Positions 18,472-27,071 are shown, counted from the stretch's first letter. The stretch: DNA of 38,100 nt from an uncultured Ruminococcus sp. (GCA_964514785.1 CAZERR010000004.1:1-38100); one strand, 5' to 3'. Program-made: numbers and translations. Notes: generated by a model not told the origin, from the sequence alone.

Positions 18472-18826
18472 TATCAATGTTGGCTTTTACGGTATTAATT
18501 GAAGAAATCAACATACGTCTTATGCTACCGCAGTTTGATTTCATTTTTTTATATTGTTCTTTTGATATGTATTGTGTGCGTTCTAATAATTCAAGCCAGT
18601 ATTCACTTTCATAGCACTCTTTTAACGCAATCTGCATTTTTGAAATAAAATCTGCTTTGCTTTGAGCGTACTTTGATTCGTATATATTGGCTCCAATGCT
18701 TGTTCCGCAACGTAATAACTGATTTGTTAAAACAGATTCTTTATGATCGCGCTTAATCTGGCGGCATAGATTTACAATTTCAACAGCAAAATCTTTAGCT
18801 TTTTCAAGCATAATACTTTCTGACAT
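18467..18826 (-). CDS. Four helix bundle protein (TIGR02436 / 23S rRNA IVP-like family)
   Basis: Motifs KAKDFAVEIV, QLLRCGTSIGANIYE, SKADFISKMQIALKECYESEYWLELL; AAGGTGG RBS. Confidence 0.9.
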   Translation of the reverse strand: MSESIMLEKAKDFAVEIVNLCRQIKRDHKESVLTNQLLRCGTSIGANIYESKYAQSKADFISKMQIALKECYESEYWLELLERTQYISKEQYKKMKSNCGSIRRMLISSINTVKANIDK

Positions 18827-18859
18827 AATTAACCACCTTTATCAAATATTTGCTGTATA

Positions 18860-19032
18860 AGCGAAATTGTCGCATTGCGACAGCTAAATTGTCCAACTTC
18901 GTCGGATAGCTAAATTTTTCGGTTGCCCGAAAAGCGAAATTAAATTCGCTTAAAAGCTTGCAAAGCAAATTTAGCTCCGACAGGAATTTAGCTTGGCATA
19001 ACCAAATTTAGCTCGCGTAAGCGAATTTAGCT
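18860..19032. repeat. Symmetric array: 4x AGC(G/T)AAATT then 4x AATTTAGCT, separated by hairpin spacers
   Basis: Forward units at 18860, 18882, 18908 and 18933; inverted units at 18968, 18985, 19005 and 19024. The six within-arm spacers are each self-complementary. Confidence 0.9.
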
Positions 19033-19059
19033 AAAAAAGCTCCTTTCGGAGCTTTTTTT
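19033..19059. terminator. Intrinsic terminator after the mreB-like gene (bidirectional)
   Basis: AAAAAAGCTCC-tttc-GGAGCTTTTTT. Confidence 0.85.
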
Positions 19060-20080
19060 AATACACCGCCATAAGCGGATTTATATCGTTTTTTGATTTT
19101 GCGTTTCGTTCGACCTCTGCGATGTACTGGATCGCCTTTCCGCAGCCGTTTATTACGCAGTCCTCGGGAGTCTCGGCAATGCTTACCATAATATCGGTGC
19201 TGTCGGCGATAAGCTCCGGGAAGCCTTCGATTTTCGCAAGTCCGCCCGTGAGGATGATCCCGTCCTCGTAAACGTCGCCCACAAGCTCGGGAGGAGCCTC
19301 CTCGATAACGTCCTTAATGAGAGTGACGATTTTAGAAGCCGTTTCCATAAGGATGTCCATAATTTCGCTTGAGCTTACGTCCACAAAGCGGGGGAGTCCG
19401 CTTATTGCGTCACGACCCTTTACGCGGAAGGTCTTTTCTTCCTCGGGCTTGATCAGACATCCGATAGCCTTTTTGCATTTCTCAGCCATCGGATTACCGA
19501 TAACGAGATTGTATTTCTTACGGATATATTTAACAATATCCTCGTCCATATCGTTTCCGCCGGTCTTAATGGTTTTGTTTACGGAAAGACCGCCCAGCGA
19601 GAGCATAGCCGCGTTAGAGGTTCCTGCTCCGAGGTTAGCTACCATAGTTCCGTGAGCGCTCATAATATCCGCTCCGGCACCCATAGCGGCAACCTTTGTG
19701 TTCTCAATAAGGAAAACCCTTCTTACGCCAAAGCTTGAAATAGCGTTAACTACGGCGCGTTTCTCGACCTCGGTGATATCCCCGGGAATACTCGCGACGA
19801 CCCTCGGCATAACGATCTTACTGGTGCAAACGTGTCGAAGAAGTATATTTACCATATCCTCCGCCAAGAGCGACTGCGCGATAACTCCGCCTGCAAGCGG
19901 ATACTCCGCCTGAATGCTGTCGGGAGTTTTTCCGAGCATAGCGTAAGCTTCATCTCCTACGGCGATAATCCTGTTTTCGGCTACATTATACGCCGCGACT
20001 GAAGCCTCGTCGAGCACCTTGCCTTTTTTATCTATATATACCCTTGTGCGGCTGCTTCCTAAATCAATACCTATATCCAA
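19058..20080 (-). CDS. Divergent MreB/Mbl-family rod shape-determining protein
   Basis: Motifs DIGIDLG, ITEVEKRAV, GGNDMDEDI..YIRKKYNLVIG, VKGRDAISGLPR, GIILTGG; TTG start. Confidence 0.85.
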   Translation of the reverse strand: MDIGIDLGSSRTRVYIDKKGKVLDEASVAAYNVAENRIIAVGDEAYAMLGKTPDSIQAEYPLAGGVIAQSLLAEDMVNILLRHVCTSKIVMPRVVASIPGDITEVEKRAVVNAISSFGVRRVFLIENTKVAAMGAGADIMSAHGTMVANLGAGTSNAAMLSLGGLSVNKTIKTGGNDMDEDIVKYIRKKYNLVIGNPMAEKCKKAIGCLIKPEEEKTFRVKGRDAISGLPRFVDVSSSEIMDILMETASKIVTLIKDVIEEAPPELVGDVYEDGIILTGGLAKIEGFPELIADSTDIMVSIAETPEDCVINGCGKAIQYIAEVERNAKSKNDINPLMAVY

Positions 20081-20151
20081 TGTCTTAACACCTTCCTGTT
20101 ATTAACATTATTTACCATTATATTCCATATTAGGTTTATTTTCAAGTATTA

Positions 20152-20814
20152 TCAAAAATTAATATCATTTTTTGCGCAGAGTGTGGCGCAGATTATTTTT
20201 GCTTTTGATTTTTTCTCGAGAACCCTGCTGCATTCGCCGAGCGTGTAGCCGGTCGTAAGTATATCGTCGATTATTAAAACTGTTTTCCCTTTTATATTCT
20301 CCGTATTTACCGCTTTATATACGCCCCTGACGTTTTCGCGTCGCTGAGCCATTGAGGAGCATTTGTGCTGTGGGTCGTTATCCTTGATCTTTTTAAGAAA
20401 CGTTTTAAGCGGAATTCCGAGTTCCTTTCCTATATCACGGGCAAGCAGCTTAGACTGGTTGTATCCGCGTTCGTGCTGCTTTAGGGGATGCATCGGCACA
20501 TAGGTTATATAGTCGATCGCGCTTACATCATAATGCTTTTTAATGCAGCTTGCCATAACGACTGCGAGATTTTGGCTGTAACTCGGGCAGTTATGAAACT
20601 TAAAGCGGATAACAGCTTCTCTGTAGCTGCCCTTATAAAAGAACGGCGAACAGCAGGAATAGCCGCCCTTCGCAAAATTGACCGAATACGTTTCGGGCAA
20701 CTCTTTTTTACAATTGTCGCAGGCGGTTTTCTCGTACGTTATGAGCCTGTTGCAGTAGGGGCAACGCTGCGGAAAAATAACAGCGCTTAAAAAGCGTTTT
20801 ACCTTATTCATCAT
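20152..20814 (-). CDS. comF: ComF family protein (zinc ribbon plus phosphoribosyltransferase fold)
   Basis: Motifs FPQRCPYC...CDNC, VPMH...ERGYNQS, LIIDDILTTGYTL. Confidence 0.88.
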   Translation of the reverse strand: MMNKVKRFLSAVIFPQRCPYCNRLITYEKTACDNCKKELPETYSVNFAKGGYSCCSPFFYKGSYREAVIRFKFHNCPSYSQNLAVVMASCIKKHYDVSAIDYITYVPMHPLKQHERGYNQSKLLARDIGKELGIPLKTFLKKIKDNDPQHKCSSMAQRRENVRGVYKAVNTENIKGKTVLIIDDILTTGYTLGECSRVLEKKSKAKIICATLCAKNDINF

Positions 20815-23011
20815 AATTCTCCGTTAGGAAATATTTAAGTCCGCTGTAACGCTTGTTTTTACGGTCGTTATTAACCATTTTTTCGATAACGGTATCGCTT
20901 CCGACGATTATCATAAGCTTTTTAGCTCTCGTAACTGCGGTGTAAAGGAGATTTCGGTACAGCAGCATCGGCGCTCCGCCAAGCAGCGGCATAATGACCG
21001 CCTCGAACTCATTTCCCTGGCTTTTATGAACCGTAGTGGCGTAGGAGAGATCTAGGTCAACGGCAAAGTCGAAGTCATAGCTTGCGACCTTATCGTCGTA
21101 TCTGACCTTAATGATCCGCGCGCGCTTGTTTATACTTTCTATTATTCCGATTTCGCCGTTAAAAATACCCTCGCCGCATTCTCCGTCATCCTTGACCCAC
21201 TGAAGGTCGTAGTTGTTTCTTACCTGCATGACCTTATCGCCGTCGCGCAGAGTTTTTTTGCCTGCGGTGAGCTCCTTTTTATCATCGGATTTCGGATTGA
21301 CTATCGCCTGAAGGCTGTTGTTAAGCTCAGTAACGCCGAGGTCGCCCTTGCGTCCGGGAGCTAAGATCTGGATATCCTTATATATATCGTAGCCGTATGC
21401 GTCCGGAAGACGGCTTGTGCAAAGCTCGGTTACCGTTTTTGAGACGATCTCCTTGTTCTCGCTGTGAAGGAAGAAGAAGTCCTTATCCTTAGCTCTCAGC
21501 TCGGGAAGCTCGCCGTTAACGATTTTATGAGCGTTCGTTACGATAAGGCTTTCCATCGACTGGCGGAAAATCTCAGTGAGCTGTACAACAGGAATAACCC
21601 CCGAGGTGACCAGATCCTCGAGAATGTTTCCTGCGCCGACCGAAGGAAGCTGGTGGCTGTCTCCGACGAGTATAAGCCTGCACCCGAGCGGCAGCGCTTT
21701 CATAACGCTTTCGAAAAGCTGAGCGTCTACCATACTGACTTCGTCTATGATCAGAGCGTCGCATTTTAGCATATTTTTTTCGTTTCGCTTAAATTCCGGG
21801 ATATCGTTTTTATTCCACGCTACCTCTAAAAGTCTGTGGATCGTTTTAGCCTCGTCGCCCGTAACCTCGCTCATACGCTGGGCGGCTCTGCCGGTCGGGG
21901 CGCAGAGAAGCACCTTCTGACCTTTATCCTTAAGTATTTTTATAATTGCGTTGAGCGTTGTTGTCTTACCTGTGCCCGGTCCTCCCGTGAGCACGAGCAG
22001 GCCGCGCGAAAGTGCTTCGGTAATAGCCTCCTTCTGTAAAGCGGCATATTTTATATTGTTATACTTCTCGATAGCCTCGATGTGCTTGTCTATATCCGCG
22101 ATTTTAACGGCAGGGAAGCGCAGCATCATTTTAAGCCTGCCTGCGATATAGCTTTCGGACTTGAACATTTCCTGAGAGAAAATGAGCTCTTTTCCGTCGG
22201 TTTCATAGCTTATGAGGGTGTTGTCGTTTATCATTTCTCTGAGCGCAAGGTTTACGCTTTCGGGCTCTACCTTCAAAAAGCCGGCTGTAGTTTCAGTCAG
22301 CTTGTTGCCGGGCAGACAGGTGTGGCCGTTTTGCTTATTGTGATTGAGAACAAATGCGAGCCCTGCGCGTATTCTCAGCCTTTCGTCACCCTCAAAGCCG
22401 AGAGCCACGGCGATCTTATCCGCCTGCTCAAAGCTTATCCCGAGCTCGGGGCTTACGAGGGAATAAGGATTTCTCTCGATTTCCGATATTGAATTTGAAC
22501 CGAAGGCGCGGTAAATCCTGACCGCCCCCGACGGAGTTATTTCATATTTGTTAAGATAGAGCATAAGCTCGCGTATGCCTGTATTCTCACGGAGCTGACG
22601 GCTGATGTCCACTGCCTTTTTAAGCGAAATGCCCTTAAGTACGGCAACCCTTTTAGGATCGTTTTCGAGTACTCTCAGGGTGTCCGCGCCGAACTGTCCT
22701 ACAAGTGTTGCGGCGGTTGCAGGACCTATCCCTTTTATCGAGCCCGAACTTAAATAGCTTAAAATCCCCGCGGTATCCTCGGGCATTGTCTTTTCGTAGG
22801 TTGACACAAAAAGCTGCATTCCGTATGTGGAATGCGGCTTAAATGTTCCTATAAGCTTAACCTTTTCTCCGACGTTGACGTCAGGCATTATCCCGACTGC
22901 AGTCGTTTCGTCCTCGTCGTCAAGCTCGATCACGGAGTATCCGTTTTGTTCGTTTCTGTATATAACTGTTTCTACCGTAGCGGTAAGTTCCATTAATTCG
23001 TTTTCCTGCAT
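20804..23011 (-). CDS. recD2: ATP-dependent RecD-like DNA helicase
   Basis: HhH IKGIGP, Walker A GGPGTGKTT, DEVSM, GDSHQLPSVG, EIFRQ, TVHKSQG, LLYTAVTRAK. Confidence 0.93.
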   Translation of the reverse strand: MQENELMELTATVETVIYRNEQNGYSVIELDDEDETTAVGIMPDVNVGEKVKLIGTFKPHSTYGMQLFVSTYEKTMPEDTAGILSYLSSGSIKGIGPATAATLVGQFGADTLRVLENDPKRVAVLKGISLKKAVDISRQLRENTGIRELMLYLNKYEITPSGAVRIYRAFGSNSISEIERNPYSLVSPELGISFEQADKIAVALGFEGDERLRIRAGLAFVLNHNKQNGHTCLPGNKLTETTAGFLKVEPESVNLALREMINDNTLISYETDGKELIFSQEMFKSESYIAGRLKMMLRFPAVKIADIDKHIEAIEKYNNIKYAALQKEAITEALSRGLLVLTGGPGTGKTTTLNAIIKILKDKGQKVLLCAPTGRAAQRMSEVTGDEAKTIHRLLEVAWNKNDIPEFKRNEKNMLKCDALIIDEVSMVDAQLFESVMKALPLGCRLILVGDSHQLPSVGAGNILEDLVTSGVIPVVQLTEIFRQSMESLIVTNAHKIVNGELPELRAKDKDFFFLHSENKEIVSKTVTELCTSRLPDAYGYDIYKDIQILAPGRKGDLGVTELNNSLQAIVNPKSDDKKELTAGKKTLRDGDKVMQVRNNYDLQWVKDDGECGEGIFNGEIGIIESINKRARIIKVRYDDKVASYDFDFAVDLDLSYATTVHKSQGNEFEAVIMPLLGGAPMLLYRNLLYTAVTRAKKLMIIVGSDTVIEKMVNNDRKNKRYSGLKYFLTENYDE

Positions 23012-23035
23012 ATTTTCTCCCGAAAAAGAATGTGT

Positions 23036-23749
23036 TTATTCGGCGTTCATACGCTTGCAAAGCTCACTGAGAGTAACCTCAAAGCCTGCGCGCTCGTATT
23101 TAAGATAATCGCTTTCGGGCAACTTGCCTAAAATGATTTCGGCGATATATATAAGAAAATGCGGGTTTTTTATAAGCACGGGTCCCGTCAGGTGAGTGCA
23201 GAAAAGGTTGTTAAGCCTTACGCCCTCGCTTTTGTCGCCTTCGGAATTACCGAGCCCCATTCTGACTTTAAACAGCGGAGAGCTGATATTCTTGATTTCA
23301 CTGCATTTATTTACAAAGCCCACAAGCGGCTTGTCAAGAAAATCACAGTCAAAAATGACGTCCGCGGTGTTTCTCGTTTTATTCTGTTCCGCTGTTGTAA
23401 ATTCAAATATATTAAGTCCCTCAACGGTATTGCCCGAGCAGTCGGTAAGCGATTTGCCGAGCATTTCAAACGAATTACCCGTAAAAAGCGCAGCCTTGCC
23501 GCCTGAAATATATTCCTCAAGCGCGGTTTTATATTTTTTGAAGTCCTCGAGCGCGACGCGCAGATTGCGCTCTGTACCCGAACCGATAAATATAAAATCG
23601 TATTCGCTGAAATCAGCGTTATCTCCGAGACTCAGACGGTCTACCGTAACTTCCTCGCCGCTGTTTTTTAATATACGTTCCATAGCGGAAACGTTGGCGT
23701 AATCGCCGTATAGGTTTAAAAAGTCGTGGTATAAATGAAGTATTTTCAT
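23036..23749 (-). CDS. gatD: GatD-like (CobQ-type class I glutamine amidotransferase) subunit with degenerate active site
   Basis: Motifs LYHDFLNLYGD, FIGSG, G.GN, GPVLIKNP; immediately downstream of murT. Start placed at the ATG after AAGGTG. Confidence 0.8.
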   Translation of the reverse strand: MKILHLYHDFLNLYGDYANVSAMERILKNSGEEVTVDRLSLGDNADFSEYDFIFIGSGTERNLRVALEDFKKYKTALEEYISGGKAALFTGNSFEMLGKSLTDCSGNTVEGLNIFEFTTAEQNKTRNTADVIFDCDFLDKPLVGFVNKCSEIKNISSPLFKVRMGLGNSEGDKSEGVRLNNLFCTHLTGPVLIKNPHFLIYIAEIILGKLPESDYLKYERAGFEVTLSELCKRMNAE

Positions 23750-23759
23750 ATCGTTCACC

Positions 23760-25094
23760 TTAATCTTCTTTTACTTTCGCTAAAAACTTACCCTTATCCG
23801 AGAAGCAGGTAATTACATAAATGTACTCTTTTTTTTCGTTGCTAAGATAATCGACAGCCTCGTCAATATCCTCGAAAAGCTTGATTTTATCCGTGGGTAT
23901 ATCGGTGTAGGAGAAGCGTACCGCTAAATCGTTAAAATACTTACCCGCGAGTACTATTTCACGGACATTTTCGTTGTTAAGCATTTCAAAGTCGATATCG
24001 TAAAGCCATGATACGTCGCTCGTAAAGTACTTTCGGCTTACTGCGTCAACGATGATCATAACGTCGCAGCCGTCCTTATACGCGCTTGCAACTCTAATCG
24101 ACTGGTCGTAGGAAATAGAGTTCTCGTGCTTGGAGGTGAGAAGAGTGCCCTTGCGGCCGTCAAGCTCAAAGGTGATGACTCTGCCGTTTTTAAGGACGTA
24201 GTTATTCATATCCCTTGCAATCTCAGATCCGTCGATCCCGACGATCGAGGCGACTGTATACGCCGAAAGGATATTATAAATGTTGTAAAGCGATTTAAGC
24301 GCAAGGGTGATTTTGTACTTGCCGTCAACCGTCATTTCGCCGTTTTCAAGATCGACCGCCGTTATGGTATATTCGGTATCGGGACGCTTATAGCCGCATT
24401 TTGTGCATGCGTAGTGTCCGATATGGTTGTAATGGTGAGTTGAATAAGTCATCGCAGCCTTGCATATCGGGCAGTAAGCGCCGTCGTTATATGCGCTTTC
24501 GAGCTTTTCGGTATCGGAGGAGAGCTTGTCCGCACCGAACCAGATTACGTCATCCTTACCGTATCCGAACGAAGCGACAAGCGGGTCGTCCGCGTTTAAG
24601 ATAAGTTTTGTGCCGTCGGTAATGCTGTCGAGCAGAGCATCATAAACCCATTCGGGATGACCGTTACGGGTGAGCTGGTCGCGGTAAAGATTAGTTATAA
24701 CGTAATGAGTCGGCTTTATGTAGCGGAAGGTATAGCGCGCGAAGCGTTCGTCGCTTTCGATAAGAAGAATATCGCTTTTGACCTTACCGCCGAGTGTGGC
24801 GCTGTTTAGAACAAGAGTTGTAACTCCCTCGATCTGGTTGGAGCCCTCCTTATTCCACGCAACCTTCTTGCCGTTTTTGATTAGGATATGCGCAATCATC
24901 TCGACCGTTGAGGTTTTACCGTTGCTGCCTGTTACCGCGATAATATACTTAGGCAGTGTGACGCGGCTTAAAATATCGGGGCAAAGCTTTAATGCAATCT
25001 GCCCGGGCAGGCTGCTTCCTTTTCCGAGCAGCTTACCCGCGAAGCGAAGCAGCTTGCATATTAATATAGTAAAAAATCTTTTCATAATTCCCAT
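23760..25094 (-). CDS. murT: Lipid II isoglutaminyl synthase ligase subunit (Mur ligase plus DUF1727)
   Basis: Motifs GSSLPG, VTGSNGKTST, NLYRDQLTR.G, LNADDP, CxxC...CxxC insert, DVSWLYDIDFE. Start may be 25085. Confidence 0.88.
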   Translation of the reverse strand: MGIMKRFFTILICKLLRFAGKLLGKGSSLPGQIALKLCPDILSRVTLPKYIIAVTGSNGKTSTVEMIAHILIKNGKKVAWNKEGSNQIEGVTTLVLNSATLGGKVKSDILLIESDERFARYTFRYIKPTHYVITNLYRDQLTRNGHPEWVYDALLDSITDGTKLILNADDPLVASFGYGKDDVIWFGADKLSSDTEKLESAYNDGAYCPICKAAMTYSTHHYNHIGHYACTKCGYKRPDTEYTITAVDLENGEMTVDGKYKITLALKSLYNIYNILSAYTVASIVGIDGSEIARDMNNYVLKNGRVITFELDGRKGTLLTSKHENSISYDQSIRVASAYKDGCDVMIIVDAVSRKYFTSDVSWLYDIDFEMLNNENVREIVLAGKYFNDLAVRFSYTDIPTDKIKLFEDIDEAVDYLSNEKKEYIYVITCFSDKGKFLAKVKED

Positions 25095-25312
25095 AGCCTT
25101 TCCGCAAAAATGTCATTTCTATTATATGACATTAACCCCGAATTAGCAAGCGTTTCCGATAAATAACTGTTAAGTAAGCACCGATTAATTCACGCCTGAC
25201 GACTGAGCACGCACCTTGCTTGCGGCTTTTCCGCCGGTTTGCCCAAAAATCTGCTGACGCAACTTGCGAACTCGAATTATTTATTATTGAAAGCGCAGTT
25301 TTGTTTTTTCTT

Positions 25313-25675
25313 TTACCCGGCACCTTTTGCGAGGCTGTCGATCCTTTTATGTAATTCCTCTCGTGTATAAATCTCCATAAAGGGGTATTCGCTGCATATA
25401 AGCCTGCACAGCTTTTTTGTTTCCCTGTCCATATTGCAGTCGAGGCAGATCACCTTATCTGGCGAGAACCTGCCCATCCACATAACCTTCCACGCCGCGT
25501 TGCGAAGCAGCAGCTCGGCGTTTTCCTGATTTTTGCAGATAGGTTCGATCAGGATGATCTCCCTGTCGTCGCGGCAGCGTGAAAGCGCCTGAACTATTCC
25601 CCGGCATATCTGACATACCCCGATTATCGCTAGAAGTATAAGAACGATTAAGCTGAAATATACCATAAGCATCAC
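25313..25675 (-). CDS. Hypothetical membrane-anchored protein
   Basis: N-terminal TM helix; plausible 118-120 aa ORF with AGGTG RBS. Confidence 0.6.
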   Translation of the reverse strand: MMLMVYFSLIVLILLAIIGVCQICRGIVQALSRCRDDREIILIEPICKNQENAELLLRNAAWKVMWMGRFSPDKVICLDCNMDRETKKLCRLICSEYPFMEIYTREELHKRIDSLAKGAG

Positions 25676-25757
25676 CTGTAATATTATATTTTTTATTTTT
25701 AAAATCGTGAGAATAAATCCTGTGAACCTGAAAAAAATAAATACAGAGGTGATAAAA

Positions 25758-25931
25758 ATGGTTGATAACTCTCATATAAACGAGAGCATACGCTGTACGG
25801 TTACTGATTGTAAATATCATAACTGCGATAAAAACTACTGCTCGCTCGGTACGATTACAGTAGGAACTCACGAGCCGGAGCCTAAGGAATGCCGGTGCGT
25901 TGACTGCGAAAGCTTTAAAGCAAAAAACTGA
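25758..25931 (+). CDS. DUF1540 family small Cys-rich protein
   Basis: NESIRCTVTDCKYH...YCSL..I.VG...CVDCESF; GAGGTG RBS before ATG 25758. Confidence 0.85.
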   Translation: MVDNSHINESIRCTVTDCKYHNCDKNYCSLGTITVGTHEPEPKECRCVDCESFKAKN

Positions 25932-25942
25932 GGCTAAAAAAA

Positions 25943-25966
25943 CGGGCTTAGCGTGCGCTAAGCCCG
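25943..25966. terminator. Terminator hairpin between convergent genes
   Basis: CGGGCTTAGC-gtgc-GCTAAGCCCG, with an A-run on the left giving a U-tail on the minus strand. Confidence 0.75.
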
Positions 25967-25978
25967 AAAAACTGCAAT

Positions 25979-26692
25979 TTACCATTTACCGTTATTCTGT
26001 TTTGCTACCTGTCGTCCGCGTTTATAGCGGTAGAGAATGTTCTCCGCCCATTCGCGGTCTATGCGGATAAAGCCCTTTAGCTTTTTATCCTTAACTGCGA
26101 GCTCGTTCACAACGCTTACGGATTTTCCGTAAATCTCAAGTCTTGCGCTCTGTACATACGGCTTTCTTTCCTCTCCTATAAAGAAGGTAAAGCCCATAGT
26201 GTTGTTTTCGCTGTTATACATCGAGAGATATCCCTCAGAAATATCCTTCAGCCCGTGTTTTTTTGCGACGATTTTAGAGATAGCTAGCTTAGTAAGTTCT
26301 ACAGCCATATCGTCGAGCCCGCTTTCAAAAATAAAAATCTTTTCCTTAAAGGTATTGAAGTCCGGCACGATACGCTTATTAATATGCTTTAGGCTCTTGA
26401 ACTCCTCCTCAAGCGCCTTGTCGGCGAGCTGGAAGTGGTCAATACGAGGAATAAGGTATATCATAAAACATTTTTTCATATCGTTGTACAGCACCGGATA
26501 TGTAAGTCTCGCCGAAAATCCGCAGAAGGAGCACTTCCACTTAAAAAGACTTTCGTTCATGGTCTTAGCCCTTAAATCCGGAAAATTGGTGACGTTGATG
26601 CTTGTGAAAAGCCGCGCCTCGGTAGTTTCGTTACACTTAGGACATACGATCCTTTTTTTTATAATACCTGAATTTGCCATATTAATCGCCAT
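25979..26692 (-). CDS. CpXC domain protein
   Basis: CPKC...SINVT..PDL....F..KCSFCG....L.YPVLYND....FMIY...EKIFIFESGLDD..VEL.K pattern. Start 26692 or 26680. Confidence 0.75.
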   Translation of the reverse strand: MAINMANSGIIKKRIVCPKCNETTEARLFTSINVTNFPDLRAKTMNESLFKWKCSFCGFSARLTYPVLYNDMKKCFMIYLIPRIDHFQLADKALEEEFKSLKHINKRIVPDFNTFKEKIFIFESGLDDMAVELTKLAISKIVAKKHGLKDISEGYLSMYNSENNTMGFTFFIGEERKPYVQSARLEIYGKSVSVVNELAVKDKKLKGFIRIDREWAENILYRYKRGRQVAKQNNGKW

Positions 26693-26804
26693 AGCCTTTC
26701 CGCCCACAAACAGCCATTTAAAACTTTATAACCTTACCGTGGGCGGATAAGGCGTATAACGGTGATTTAGTTTGTCAGTACAAAACATAATCGTATTGTA
26801 CAGC

Positions 26805-26887
26805 GCTTATGCTCCCTTCATCCGCCACAGGCGGCGGTCGCAACGCTAAACTCGTTGTCCCACAGGGACAAACTGAGCGGACAACAT
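26805..26887. repeat. REP-like extragenic element, copy B, with two ACA-loop hairpins
   Basis: CCGCC-ACA-GGCGG (26822-26834) and TTGTCCC-ACA-GGGACAA; the last 37 nt match 7689-7725. Confidence 0.7.
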
Positions 26888-26933
26888 TAATTTGATAGTG
26901 TGATTTTTCACAATATAACCCCATTTCCTTTCA

Positions 26934-27009
26934 ATTATAACAATTAGTTGTAAAATGGGCAAGTAAATTTAAAAAAAATATTGATTTATTATTGTTTTTC
27001 TGTCATAAT
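26934..27009. promoter_or_regulatory. Divergent SigA-type promoters
   Basis: Minus strand: TTGCCC-17-TATAAT (26962 to 26934). Plus strand: TTGATT-17-CATAAT (26981-27009). Both have an extended TG. Confidence 0.5.
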
Positions 27010-27071
27010 ACTAAGAGAGATAATAAGCAATAGCTTATGAGTAAGTAATAAGAAATGAGAGGAATTTCATT

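Noticed and set aside
18467-18826. 23S rRNA intervening sequence, or DGR avd gene
   Set aside because: No rRNA sequence flanks it, and no reverse transcriptase or TR/VR pair is in the window.
18860-19032. CRISPR array
   Set aside because: Repeats are only 9 bp and switch orientation midway, spacers are 8-26 bp and mostly self-complementary, and there are no cas genes.
25091-26703. Identical 15-mer CCATAGCCTTTCCGC at the murT and CpXC starts (25091, 26689)
   Set aside because: Mostly RBS plus ATG; a 15-mer match is near chance expectation in 38 kb.
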